A stretch of 63,381 nucleotides of DNA, counting the filler, from Actinomycetota bacterium (lineage in GTDB: Bacteria > Actinomycetota > CADDZG01 > JAHWKV01 > JAOPZY01): the NCBI GenBank assembly GCA_025963875.1. It is 5 parts of 5 records of this genome, joined end to end, with 100 filler letters (N's around TTAATTAATTAA, not from the genome) between each part and the next. Parts side by side here need not be neighbours in the genome. Positions count along the whole stretch, not along the records: positions 29,671 to 44,925 come from JAOPZY010000209.1; 4 more parts are not named here. One strand, written 5' to 3'. The notes under the pieces are model-generated. The model saw only the letters and a program-made list of their open reading frames with translations, was not told the DNA's origin and made no database searches. Shown one piece after another: positions 34,022-43,084 of this stretch; within the stretch, counting starts at the first letter, position 1; every line of letters begins with the position of its first letter. Position numbers and translations under genes: made by a program.

Positions 34022-35490
34022 GCCATCCCCGCTTCCCCGTTCGGACCAACCGGCAGCCGGAACCCGACGGTCGCACCGCCGCCGGGGGTCTCGGCCACCC
34101 ACATCGTGCCGTCGTGAGCCTCCACGATAGCCCGGGCAATAGCCAGGCCGAGGCCCACGCCGCCCCCGTCGCCTGCGGCGTCACCGCGGAAGAACTCCTG
34201 GAACACCCGCTCGCGATCCTCCGGACGGATGCCGGGGCCGTGGTCGGCGACCGCCACCTCGACCGAACCGTCCGTGGCCTTGGCCGAGATCTCGACGGGC
34301 ACCCCGTCGGCGGTGAACCTGAGGGCGTTCTCCAGCAGGTTCGACACGACCTGGTCGATCTGCAGCAGGTCCATCGGTACCAGCGGCAGATCGGCGTTGT
34401 CGTCGACGACGATCGTGCCCCCCCGCTTGCGCAGCCGGGCAACCGCCGCCTCGATGACATCCTCGACCGGGGCGGCGGTCTTCTCCTGCACGAGCGCCCC
34501 CGCCCGCAGCCGGGAGAGGCTGAGCAGGTTGGAGATCAGGCGGTTGAGCCGGTCGCTCTCTTCGGCGATGGTCGTCAGCAGGTCCCTGCGCTGGGCATCG
34601 TCGAACACGACGTCAGCGTCGAGGAGGCTGGTCGCGCCGGCCTTGATGGCGGCCAGCGGCGTCCTTAGATCGTGCGTGACGGACGAGAACAGGGCGGCCC
34701 GAACCCTGTTCGACTCGGCCTGGGCCTGCGAGCGCCTCGTCTTCTCGGCCAGGGTCGCCGCCTCGACCGCGAGCGCAAGCTGCCCGGCGAAGGCGGCGGC
34801 CAGCTCCAGCTGGCGCTCCTCGAACCGGCCCCCCGGCCGAGGGTAGATGGTCACCTGCCCGAACGTGCCCCGCTCGGTCCTGAGCGGCACGACCGTGCCC
34901 AGGCCTCCTGAGGCCGGCGCGGCCCCAGCCGAGGCAGTGAGGTCGAGGGCCCCGTCGAGACCCAGCGTCGACACCTCGGCCCCTGCCAGGGAGAACAGCT
35001 CGACCATGTCGTTCGCAAACTGCTTGAGGGCGGTGGGCAGTGGCGTCCCGCCGAGCAGGCGCGATGAGATGCGGTACAGCAGGCGGGCCTCATCCTCACC
35101 CTGCTCCGCTCGGGTGCGCTCCGCCAGCGCATTGGTCAACAACGTCGCTACCAGCACCGAGACGATGAGGAAGGCGAACACGGCAAGGAGGTCCTCCCCT
35201 TTCGCCACTGCGAAGGTCCGCAGCGGCGGTGTGAAGAAGAAGTTGAGGCCGAGAAACGACAGGAACGATGCGATGAGGCCCCCGGGCAGCCCACCGACCA
35301 CTGCAGCGGCCACCACGGAGAGGAGGTAGAGCATGGCGGCGTTGGTGGCAGAAGCGGGGGACTTGAAGAGAGGAATCGAGGCGATGCCCGTTGCCACGAC
35401 CGGGAACGACACCCCGGCGAGGATCTGGACGACGAAGGCGCGCGGGCCGGACCTGCCGCCCGAACGGGCCCGGAGCGCCGCAGTGCGCAT
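34018..35490 (-). CDS. KdpD-like histidine kinase lacking the N-terminal KdpD/Usp domains
   Basis: Four TM helices (NFFFTPP.RTF), GAF, SSVTHDLRTPL, HATPase. Confidence 0.85.
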   Translation of the reverse strand: MRTAALRARSGGRSGPRAFVVQILAGVSFPVVATGIASIPLFKSPASATNAAMLYLLSVVAAAVVGGLPGGLIASFLSFLGLNFFFTPPLRTFAVAKGEDLLAVFAFLIVSVLVATLLTNALAERTRAEQGEDEARLLYRISSRLLGGTPLPTALKQFANDMVELFSLAGAEVSTLGLDGALDLTASAGAAPASGGLGTVVPLRTERGTFGQVTIYPRPGGRFEERQLELAAAFAGQLALAVEAATLAEKTRRSQAQAESNRVRAALFSSVTHDLRTPLAAIKAGATSLLDADVVFDDAQRRDLLTTIAEESDRLNRLISNLLSLSRLRAGALVQEKTAAPVEDVIEAAVARLRKRGGTIVVDDNADLPLVPMDLLQIDQVVSNLLENALRFTADGVPVEISAKATDGSVEVAVADHGPGIRPEDRERVFQEFFRGDAAGDGGGVGLGLAIARAIVEAHDGTMWVAETPGGGATVGFRLPVGPNGEAGMA

Positions 35491-35537
35491 CCTGCAAGTG
35501 TAGGGCCGGGAAAGCCAGCCTCGAGGAGGATTGCGGG

Positions 35538-36026
35538 ATGAAGCACGAACCCTGCGACATCCACGCCGCCCGCCCCGATGAGTATGGCGACCTCTACCGG
35601 GCGTTCGCCGAGATCGTGGCGGCGGGAGAGGGGTTCCCGCACGATCCGGACCTGGCCCTCACCTACGACGACTTCAGCGACTTCTGGCTCGACCACAAGA
35701 GCTTCGTGGGCGTGGCGACGCTCGGCGGCCGGCTCGCCGGGTCGTACCACCTGAAGCCCAACTTCGTCGGGCGAGGGGCGCACATCGCCAACGCGGGCTA
35801 CTTCGTCGTACGGGAGTTACGGGGCCATGGCATTGGTGAGCGGCTGGTCCGGCACTCCATGAAGCAGGCCGAGGCACTCGGCTTCGACGCCCTGCAGTTC
35901 AATGCTGTGTTCGCCTCCAACCCGGCACGGAGGTTGTACGAGCGGCTGGGCTTCCAGGTCATCGGCTCCATCCCCGACGCCATCGACGGCGAGGCCATCG
36001 TCATCTACTGGCGGCGCCTACCGTAG
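35538..36026 (+). CDS. GNAT N-acetyltransferase
   Basis: GAHIANAGY, RGHGIG, QFNAVFASN, LYERLGF. Confidence 0.9.
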   Translation: MKHEPCDIHAARPDEYGDLYRAFAEIVAAGEGFPHDPDLALTYDDFSDFWLDHKSFVGVATLGGRLAGSYHLKPNFVGRGAHIANAGYFVVRELRGHGIGERLVRHSMKQAEALGFDALQFNAVFASNPARRLYERLGFQVIGSIPDAIDGEAIVIYWRRLP

Positions 36027-36285
36027 CCTTGCTTGACATGGACGCGTGTTGTCGCGCGCGCCCAGAGGACCCCGTGGCCACGAGGATAGTCCGCGATCGC
36101 GCAGATACGCGCGATAGGCGACTAACCTAACCTCCACCAGTAGGGGCACACGTCATTTCATACCTCGTGGGTGGCCGGCACAGGCTTATGGACTTTGAGC
36201 ATAAAGTGACGTAGAGCGTCGTTCTGTACTCAAAGAATGTCCACTGCGGCACTGCGCCCAGCCGCTAGCAAGCCCCCGGCTCAGT

Positions 36286-37542
36286 TCACTTCCCGGCGGG
36301 CACGAGCGAAGGCTCCTTGCGGTGCCTGAGGTTGATCCGAATCGCCTTCGCCACCTTCGAGGGGGCGAGGAACTCGTGGACGGGGATGGTCCTCGCGCCG
36401 AATTTGAAGGTGTGGCGGGCGAACTCGGTGTCTCTGGTGGCGGCGGAGAACATGAGCTTCTCGATCGGGTTGAAGCCCCGGCCCGTGGAGTAGTCGGAGA
36501 TGAGGAAGAAGTGGCCACCGAGCCGTGACCGGAGCACCTTCCGATAGTTGCCGACTGCATCGTCCAACTCGGCGTCGCTGCCGAAGGCAGCCTTCGTGGA
36601 TTCAACGAGCCACTCCCCGCCCTGCATCGCCCACCCGCATCCGACGCCCCAGAGTGGGTCTGCGGAGACCGCTGCATCCCCGATGAAGGCCATGCCAGGC
36701 GGCGGCTTCGACCTCCAGAGGTTGGGATGATCCATGAGCCCGATGATCGGGGAGGCCTGGTTGGCCGGGTCAAGCTTCGGGAAGTCGGGCACCGCCTCGA
36801 AGAACGTGTAGAAGCTGTCCTCCAGGTTCGCCTTGAACGCCGGAAGCTTGTCCTTGGTGGCCATGAGGGCGGCAAGCTGGAAGCCGTCGTCGTGCGGGAG
36901 CGTGAAGGCGACATCCGGCTCGAGCAGCCAGAGGAGCGCACGCTTCGGGTAGGGAAGTTCGAGGTTGCGGAAAAAAGCCATGTAGCCGAATCTGCCGTGC
37001 TTCTTCACGGTCCTGGCCCCGACGCCGGCCATTTTGGCGACCGGCGAGGAGCGGCCGTCGGCGCCCACCACGAGCCGGGCTCTGATTTCGCGGGTGGACC
37101 CCTCCTCGCCTTCGGTGGCAACGCCGGTGATGCGGCCGTCGGTGGTGAGGACCTTGCGGGCACGCTGTCCCATGAGCAGGTCCACACCGGGGGTCTCGGC
37201 CGCGAGCACCCGCATCATGGGGTCGAGCTTCTCGCGCCGGATGTCGTACCCGAACACGTCGTCGTCGACCGGGGGGACCGCCCAGCCCCAACGGGTGTGG
37301 AGCGCGGAATGGGTGCGCAGGCCGCCTGCCGCCTCGATACGGATGTCGAGGCCGAGGCGATGGATGGTCGGCGTCGCGCACGGCTGGATGAGGGTGGTGC
37401 AGAGCTTCTTGTAGGCCTTGATGTCGGGGTGGCTTTCGATGAGGGCAACCGAGCGACCCGCCCGCCCGAACAAGGTTGCCGCCGTGCATCCCGCCAGACT
37501 TGCCCCGACGATGGCGACGTCGTACTCCGCCGGTTCGCTCAT
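36286..37542 (-). CDS. FAD-dependent oxidoreductase/monooxygenase
   Basis: DVAIVGASLAG, VVGADGRSS, IGDAA..DPLWGVGCG. Confidence 0.9.
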   Translation of the reverse strand: MSEPAEYDVAIVGASLAGCTAATLFGRAGRSVALIESHPDIKAYKKLCTTLIQPCATPTIHRLGLDIRIEAAGGLRTHSALHTRWGWAVPPVDDDVFGYDIRREKLDPMMRVLAAETPGVDLLMGQRARKVLTTDGRITGVATEGEEGSTREIRARLVVGADGRSSPVAKMAGVGARTVKKHGRFGYMAFFRNLELPYPKRALLWLLEPDVAFTLPHDDGFQLAALMATKDKLPAFKANLEDSFYTFFEAVPDFPKLDPANQASPIIGLMDHPNLWRSKPPPGMAFIGDAAVSADPLWGVGCGWAMQGGEWLVESTKAAFGSDAELDDAVGNYRKVLRSRLGGHFFLISDYSTGRGFNPIEKLMFSAATRDTEFARHTFKFGARTIPVHEFLAPSKVAKAIRINLRHRKEPSLVPAGK

Positions 37543-37782
37543 CCTCCCCCTCCGATGGTTGGCACTTCTTTCCGGTTTGGCCACCATCCATTTTGCACGA
37601 TGGACGGCATCGGGGCAGCCCCTTCCGCCACCCACGCCAAGAACACGTCAAGACTTCGGCTTCGGGCGGCAGCAACGCGTCAAGACAGCCGGCCACCCGC
37701 CGCCGGTGGTGTACACAGGAGGGGTGTCGTGCCGATGGAGGTGCGCGTGATCGACGTCGGAGCGTCGCTCCACTGAAGGGAG

Positions 37783-38776
37783 GTGCCACGCCACGTTCCC
37801 GGGGACCTGGTCGACCACTATGTGATCGAGGAGCTGCTGGGCACCGGAACCTGGGCCGAGGTGTACCGGGCCGTCGACACCCGATCAGGTTGGACCGTCG
37901 TGCTCAAGAGCCCCCACCCCTCGCTGTTCGCCGACTCCACAGGTTTCGCCCGGTTCCGGCGGGAGGTTGCCATCGTGAGATCGCTGGACCACCCCGGCGT
38001 ACAGCGCAGCTTCGACGCGGGCCACCACCGGACTGAGGTACGAGGTCCTCGAGTATGTCGACGGCGAGACCCTGCGGCACGTCATCGCCCGGGCCAGGCC
38101 CGGGCACATCCCCATCGCCCTCGTCGTCGACTGGGGCGTCCAGCTCGCCGGCACGCTGTCGTACCTGCATGACCGGGGCATCGTGCACCGGGACCTGAAG
38201 CTGGAGAACATCCTCGTGCGGCGCGACGGTGTCCTCAAGATCGCCGACTTCGGCGCCGCGTTGCCGCCCGGCGGCCGCATCAGGAGGTGGCGGCCGATCG
38301 CCGATGCGGTCGGGACACCGGAGTACATGAGTCCCGAGCACATCCAGGGCCGCAAGGGAGACGCCCGGAGCGATGTCTACGCGCTCGGGGTCCTTCTCTA
38401 CGAACTCCTCGCCGGTGCCCCGCCGTTTGCCGGAGCCACTGAGCACTAGACCATGACGCTGCACCTCACGGCGTCGGCTCCGGCCCTGCCCGCGGGGAGG
38501 GCGGACGTCCCGCCCGCCCTGGAGGCCGTCATCGCCAGAGCGCTCCGCCGCAGACCCGAGAACCGCTACCAGAGCGCCGCCGAGCTGCTCGGCGACCTCA
38601 GCAACCTCGACGCGGTCGACACGAGCCGGCTCCTGGCCGGGGCATCGCCCGGCCCGCCGATGCGTGGGGTGCCGGTGGGGGCGGACGCCCGCGTCTGGCG
38701 CTTCGCCGGCCTGGTCGCCGTCTCCTTTGTCACCGCGGTGGCCGCGATCGTCACGGCCAGCGTCCTCCTCCGCTGA
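37783..38776 (+). pseudogene. Ser/Thr protein kinase pseudogene
   Basis: GTGTWAEVY, VLK, HRDLKLEN, DFG, GTPEYMSPE, C-terminal TM; frameshift near 38037 and in-frame TAG at 38447-38449. Confidence 0.85.
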
Positions 38777-38782
38777 CGGGAG

Positions 38783-38876
38783 CCGCTAAGGATCCGCAAA
38801 AAAGGCGCCAAATCTGCGGCTCCACCCGTCATGAATTCGTCAAACCGCCTCTCGGGGTGGCCGGCGGTTCTACGCT
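38783..38876 (+). repeat. ~95-bp operator/promoter-like element, copy 1
   Basis: Near-identical to 39544-39638; CG(C/T)NA motifs at 11-bp phase followed by TACGCT. Confidence 0.85.
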
Positions 38877-38959
38877 CAGAGAGTCGCACGAGATTCGCAG
38901 CAGCTCAGCCAAGCCTTACCCGGCGCCTTGAGGGCTCGGGAAAGCCAGGAGGATCGGCC

Positions 38960-39262
38960 ATGATCAGGAACATTGCAGCCGTCGAGGCCACGCACAGGCT
39001 GCGTGCCTCGGGCCCGGTGTTGTGCCGCGAGTGTGGACGCCCCATGGTGCCCGACCCTGCATCTCGGGCGCTGCAGTGCCCCATGCATGGGGTCCTCGTG
39101 GCCCAGATCATCCGCCACCCTCTCTGGGAGGGCGAGATCGTGGAGGTGCTTCACCGATCACAGACCCAGAACGCCCGCTACGTCGTGCGCTTCCCGAGCC
39201 ACCAGCGCCGGACGGTGTGGTTCGGAGACCTTCGAGTGGTGGCCATGCGGCCACTCGTTTGA
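38960..39262 (+). CDS. Small protein: zinc ribbon plus Tudor/SH3-like domain
   Basis: AGGAGG RBS; CREC...CPMH; IRHPLWEGEIVEV...YVVRF. Confidence 0.7.
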   Translation: MIRNIAAVEATHRLRASGPVLCRECGRPMVPDPASRALQCPMHGVLVAQIIRHPLWEGEIVEVLHRSQTQNARYVVRFPSHQRRTVWFGDLRVVAMRPLV

Positions 39263-39347
39263 CCGGCCAGAACTCCTGACGCGCACACCCGCCCTTCTGG
39301 GGGCGGTGGGACTGTCTGCAAGACCCCTACCCCAAGGAGAAAATGAA

Positions 39348-39536
39348 ATGGCATCCACGCGCATCACCATCGTCCTTGACGTCCAGCACGAACCCGAGGT
39401 CGATCTTCCGCTCCGGGCTGCCGTATTCCTTGCACGCCTGCTGAGCGATGTCGACGGCTTCGACAGCGTCGCCGTCATCCGGGGGGAGACGGAGGACGTG
39501 GTCTGGACCCCTCGCGGGGCGAGGAAGGCCAGCTAG
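39348..39536 (+). CDS. Small hypothetical protein (62 aa)
   Basis: AAGGAG RBS; MASTRITIVLDV... Confidence 0.6.
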   Translation: MASTRITIVLDVQHEPEVDLPLRAAVFLARLLSDVDGFDSVAVIRGETEDVVWTPRGARKAS

Positions 39537-39543
39537 GGGACAC

Positions 39544-39638
39544 CCGCTAAGGATTCGCAAAAAAGGCGCCAAATCTGAGCCTCCGCCCGTCATGAAATCG
39601 TCAAACCGCCCCTTGGGGCTGGCCGGCGGTCCTACGGT
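39544..39638 (+). repeat. ~95-bp operator/promoter-like element, copy 2
   Basis: Direct repeat of 38783-38876, upstream of the phoU-like gene. Confidence 0.85.
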
Positions 39639-39682
39639 GGTCCGAGAAATCAGTTGAGGACCGCCAAGCTCTGAGGGCCATC

Positions 39683-40260
39683 ATGCGCACACGCGAACAC
39701 TTTGACAACGAGCTTCGGGACCTCGAAGACGCGATCCTCCGGCTCGGCACCTCCGTCCGTCACCTTTTCCAGGAGAGCCTGGAGGCGCTCGAGACTGCGA
39801 ACGCCTCGCTCTGCGACGACGTGATCGCCGGGGACGACGATGTCGACGCTGCCCACCTGAAGATCGAGGGCGATGTCCTCCAGCTGCTTGCTTTGGAGAG
39901 CCCTGTTGCCTCGGACCTCCGCTTTGTCGCCACCGTTCTGCACATCAACCTGCACCTCGAGCGGGTTGCCGATCTGGCCACCAATATCGCAAGGATTTCC
40001 AAGCTCACCGCTGTCCTTCCCCGGAACGCCGAGCTTCTCGGCCACCTCGAAGACATGGGTGCGATCGCGTTGCACCTGCTGTACGCGGCGATGCAGTCCT
40101 TCGCACACCGGGACCTGGCGCTGGCCGGCCAGCTCGCCTCGATCGACCAATCGATCGACCGGCTCGACCACGGGATGCTGGCCGAGGTGCTCCGGGCAGG
40201 CAAGGATGGATGCAGTCTCGAATGGGCCATTGAGATGCACCTCCTTTTCACGCCGGCTGG
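39683..40260 (+). pseudogene. phoU: PhoU homolog, C-terminally frameshifted/truncated
   Basis: PVASDLR, LERVADLATNIA, DQSID; the last helix (second LER..DHA motif) is missing after a T-run at 40245-40248. Confidence 0.75.
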
Positions 40261-40429
40261 CCGGGTTGAACGCCGACGGGTCAAGGTTGGGGTGAGCCGG
40301 AGGGGCGCCGCAGCAGGTTTAACGGTTTCCTGCCGGGTGGTCCCGAACTTCTACGCCCCCTTAGCGCGGGATCGCGACGTTCGCGGAGCGTTCTCGTTGT
40401 TCACAGGTTCCTCTTCGGAGTGCGTCGAC

Positions 40430-40519
40430 TCAGCGCTCCCGGCGGAAGTACCAGCGGATGCCCGACTTCAGCAACGCTCCTGCCACAATCACTGCCGCAA
40501 AGGCCACGAACCCTGTCAT
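40430..40519 (-). CDS. 29-aa hydrophobic membrane peptide
   Basis: MTGFVAFAAVIVAGALLKSGIRWYFRRER with GGGAGA RBS; below the ORF-track cutoff. Confidence 0.55.
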   Translation of the reverse strand: MTGFVAFAAVIVAGALLKSGIRWYFRRER

Positions 40520-40532
40520 ACGTCTCCCTGTC

Positions 40533-40591
40533 TTTTACACGGCGCCTTGAGGGGCGCCTCGTTTTTACACGGCGCCTTGAGGGGCGCCTCG
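40533..40591. repeat. 30-bp tandem duplication with internal hairpin
   Basis: TTTTACACGGCGCCTTGAGGGGCGCCTCG x2. Confidence 0.9.
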
Positions 40592-40598
40592 GGGGGTG

Positions 40599-42893
40599 TC
40601 AGTCTTCGATGGCGTGCAGGATCGCCCGCTCGATCTCGGCGAGACGAGCCTGCTCCGTGACCTTGTCCCCGAACCTGTCGCGTACGTAGAACGCGTCGAC
40701 CGCCTCCGATCCCAGCGTCTGCACCTTGGCGAACCGGATGTCCAGGTCGAACTCCGCCAGCGTGCGGGTGATGCGGTAGAGGGTCCCGATGGCGTCGGCG
40801 GCCCGGACGTCGATGACGGTCGCGCCGTCGGACGCCTGGTTCTCGAACGTGACGGAGGGGACGACCGGGTGCCGCGACCGGGGGGCCGAGCGGGCGTAGG
40901 TACGGGCCCGCTCCATCACCCGGGCGTGGATCGCCAGCTTCCCGTCGAGCGCCAGCTTGAGGTCGGCGACGACTCGTTCCCACCGCGGCTCGTCCCGCAT
41001 CGGGTCGTGCACCCGGTACTCCTCGAGGGCCCTGCCGGCGTTCGACGAGTAGGCGGATGCCGACAGGACGTCGAGCCCGTGCATGGCGAGGACGCCCGTG
41101 ACCCTGCTGAACATGCCGGGCCGGTCGTCGTAGATGACCGTGAGGACGTTGCCGCGGCCCTCGATGTGCTGGCCACCTGAGGCCAGCCGGTCGAGCTGGG
41201 CCTGCGTGGGGAAGGGGGCCGGCGGCGGGCAGCCGGAGGTCTCGCCCGACTCCAGGTAGTCGATCACGCACTCGGTGAGACGCTGGACAAGGCCGGCCTT
41301 CCACGGCCCCCACGCCGAGGCGCCGGTGGCCAGCGAGTCGGCCTCGCACAGCGCCGCCAGCAGCCGGAGCCGCTCGACCGTGCCAACCTGTTCCGCCACC
41401 CGCCGGATGGTGACGGGGTCGTCGAGGTCCCGCCGGGTGGCCACCTGCGGGATCAGCAGGTGCAACTCGACGAGCAGCGCCAGGGTTTCGACGTCACGGC
41501 CGGCGAAGCCCAGGCGGCTGGCGATCTGCCGGGCGATCGTTGCGCCGGCAGAGCTGTGGTCACCCTTGGATCCCTTGCCGAGGTCGTGCAGCAGGGCGGC
41601 GACGACGAGAAGGTCCGGGCGGTCAACCCGGTCCGCAAGGCCCGCGGCGTTGGCCACGGTCTCGAGCAGGTGCCGGTCCACCGTGAAACGGTGGTAGATG
41701 TTGTGGGGCGGCAGGGCCCGCACGGGGATCCATTCCGGCAGGAGGTGCCCCCACAGGCCCCGCTGGTCGAGCGCTTCGATGACCGGGATGGCACGCTGCC
41801 CGGCCAGCAGGAGGTCCACAAAGAGGGTCCGCGCCTCATCGGGCCAGGGATCGGGGACGGCCGGCTGGACAGAGGCCAGCGCCTCGAGGGACCGCCGCTC
41901 GATCGCCGCGTCGTGGACGGCGGCGGCCGCCGCAGTCCGGAGGGCCAGGAACGGGTCGTCCAGCGCCGCGGTCGGGCCGAGGCTGACCTCCCCCCCGGCG
42001 AGGACGATGCCGGGGCCCACCTCACGGGTGCGGTCGACGCGCCGGGCGATGGGGCCCCGTAGCGCCGTGGCGATGCGCCGCCATGCGTCGTCGCTCGTCC
42101 AGGCGACGGAGCGGGCCGCCTCGGCGATGCGGGCCATGAGAGCGTCGGCATCGGGGTCGCCGAGCGCCGCCGCCACGCCGGGCTGCTCCTGGAGCGCGAG
42201 GACGTTGCCGGAGCGCCCGGTCTGGCGCTGCAGCTCCACCCGGGCATCGAGCAGGACCGCCTCCCATGCCGCCAGGCTGGGTGCGTCGAACTCGAGCAGA
42301 ACCCGGTGCGCAGCCTCGGCCCAGCGCAGCGAGTGGACGTCGCGCAGCCCGCCGCGGCCCTCCTTGAGGTCAGGCTCGATGAGGAACGCCACCTCCCCGG
42401 CGAGGGTGTGGCGGATCGCCACCCGGTTGCCGAGCTCGGCCAGCCAGTGGCGCGAACGGCGCTCCCACGCGGAGCGGGCGCCGTCCACCAGGCGGGGCGT
42501 CAGCTCTGCGTCACCGGCGATGTGGCGGGCGTCCAGCAGCGCGGTGGCGGTGTCGAGGTCGTCCGAGGCCAGGCGCAGGGCCTCCTTCGGCGTCGAGACG
42601 CTGTGGCCGAGGTGCAGTCCCTCCTCCCAGATCGGGTACCAGATGGCCTCGGCAATCGACGCCACATCCGCCCGGGAGTCGTGGAGCAGCATGACGTCGA
42701 TGTCGCTGCCGGGGGCCAGCTCCGAGCGTCCGTAGCCGCCGGTCGCGACCAGCGCCAGCCCCGTGGTCTCGCGCAGCGTGGCCTTCTCGAGGAGCTCCGA
42801 CAGCCAGACGTCGACCAGGTCGGAATGCGCCCGGCACCAGGCCGATCCCCTCGCCGCGGCGTCGGCCAGCAGGGCGCTCCGCTCCGCAAGCAT
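40599..42893 (-). CDS. glnD: PII uridylyl/adenylyltransferase
   Basis: GGYGRSELAPGSDID, EPDLKEGRGGLRD, HRFTVDRH, LLHDLGK, two ACT domains. Confidence 0.95.
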   Translation of the reverse strand: MLAERSALLADAAARGSAWCRAHSDLVDVWLSELLEKATLRETTGLALVATGGYGRSELAPGSDIDVMLLHDSRADVASIAEAIWYPIWEEGLHLGHSVSTPKEALRLASDDLDTATALLDARHIAGDAELTPRLVDGARSAWERRSRHWLAELGNRVAIRHTLAGEVAFLIEPDLKEGRGGLRDVHSLRWAEAAHRVLLEFDAPSLAAWEAVLLDARVELQRQTGRSGNVLALQEQPGVAAALGDPDADALMARIAEAARSVAWTSDDAWRRIATALRGPIARRVDRTREVGPGIVLAGGEVSLGPTAALDDPFLALRTAAAAAVHDAAIERRSLEALASVQPAVPDPWPDEARTLFVDLLLAGQRAIPVIEALDQRGLWGHLLPEWIPVRALPPHNIYHRFTVDRHLLETVANAAGLADRVDRPDLLVVAALLHDLGKGSKGDHSSAGATIARQIASRLGFAGRDVETLALLVELHLLIPQVATRRDLDDPVTIRRVAEQVGTVERLRLLAALCEADSLATGASAWGPWKAGLVQRLTECVIDYLESGETSGCPPPAPFPTQAQLDRLASGGQHIEGRGNVLTVIYDDRPGMFSRVTGVLAMHGLDVLSASAYSSNAGRALEEYRVHDPMRDEPRWERVVADLKLALDGKLAIHARVMERARTYARSAPRSRHPVVPSVTFENQASDGATVIDVRAADAIGTLYRITRTLAEFDLDIRFAKVQTLGSEAVDAFYVRDRFGDKVTEQARLAEIERAILHAIED

Positions 42894-42967
42894 GCCTCAA
42901 GAGTACTTCCCTATGCCCGAGACCTTTCCTAGACAAACGAGAGTTTCGACAGGAAATTGGTGGAAAC

Positions 42968-43005
42968 TTTACACGTTCTTTACGTTACAAAAACAGTGTG
43001 GTAAC
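42968..43005 (+). promoter_or_regulatory. GlnR-box-like array between glnD and amtB
   Basis: TTTAC-n6-TTTAC-n6-AAAAC-n6-GTAAC in an AT-rich divergent promoter. Confidence 0.65.
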
Positions 43006-43084
43006 ACCTGCCGCCGATCCTTGCCTCACACGACGGAGTCCTACGGGGGGCTCTGGGAACCGTGCAAGGAGAAAGGGGCAACCG

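Noticed and set aside
38783..39638. CRISPR array or IS ends
   Set aside because: Only two ~95-bp direct copies about 760 bp apart; no cas or transposase gene and no spacer periodicity
40352..40405. Minus-strand mini-ORF VNNENAPRTSRSRAKGA after a GAGGA
   Set aside because: Only 17 codons, overlaps the third cassette copy, and has no other support
39683..40660. 325-aa PhoU with a novel C-terminal domain
   Set aside because: The tail is read-through across regulatory repeats and the antisense peptide gene
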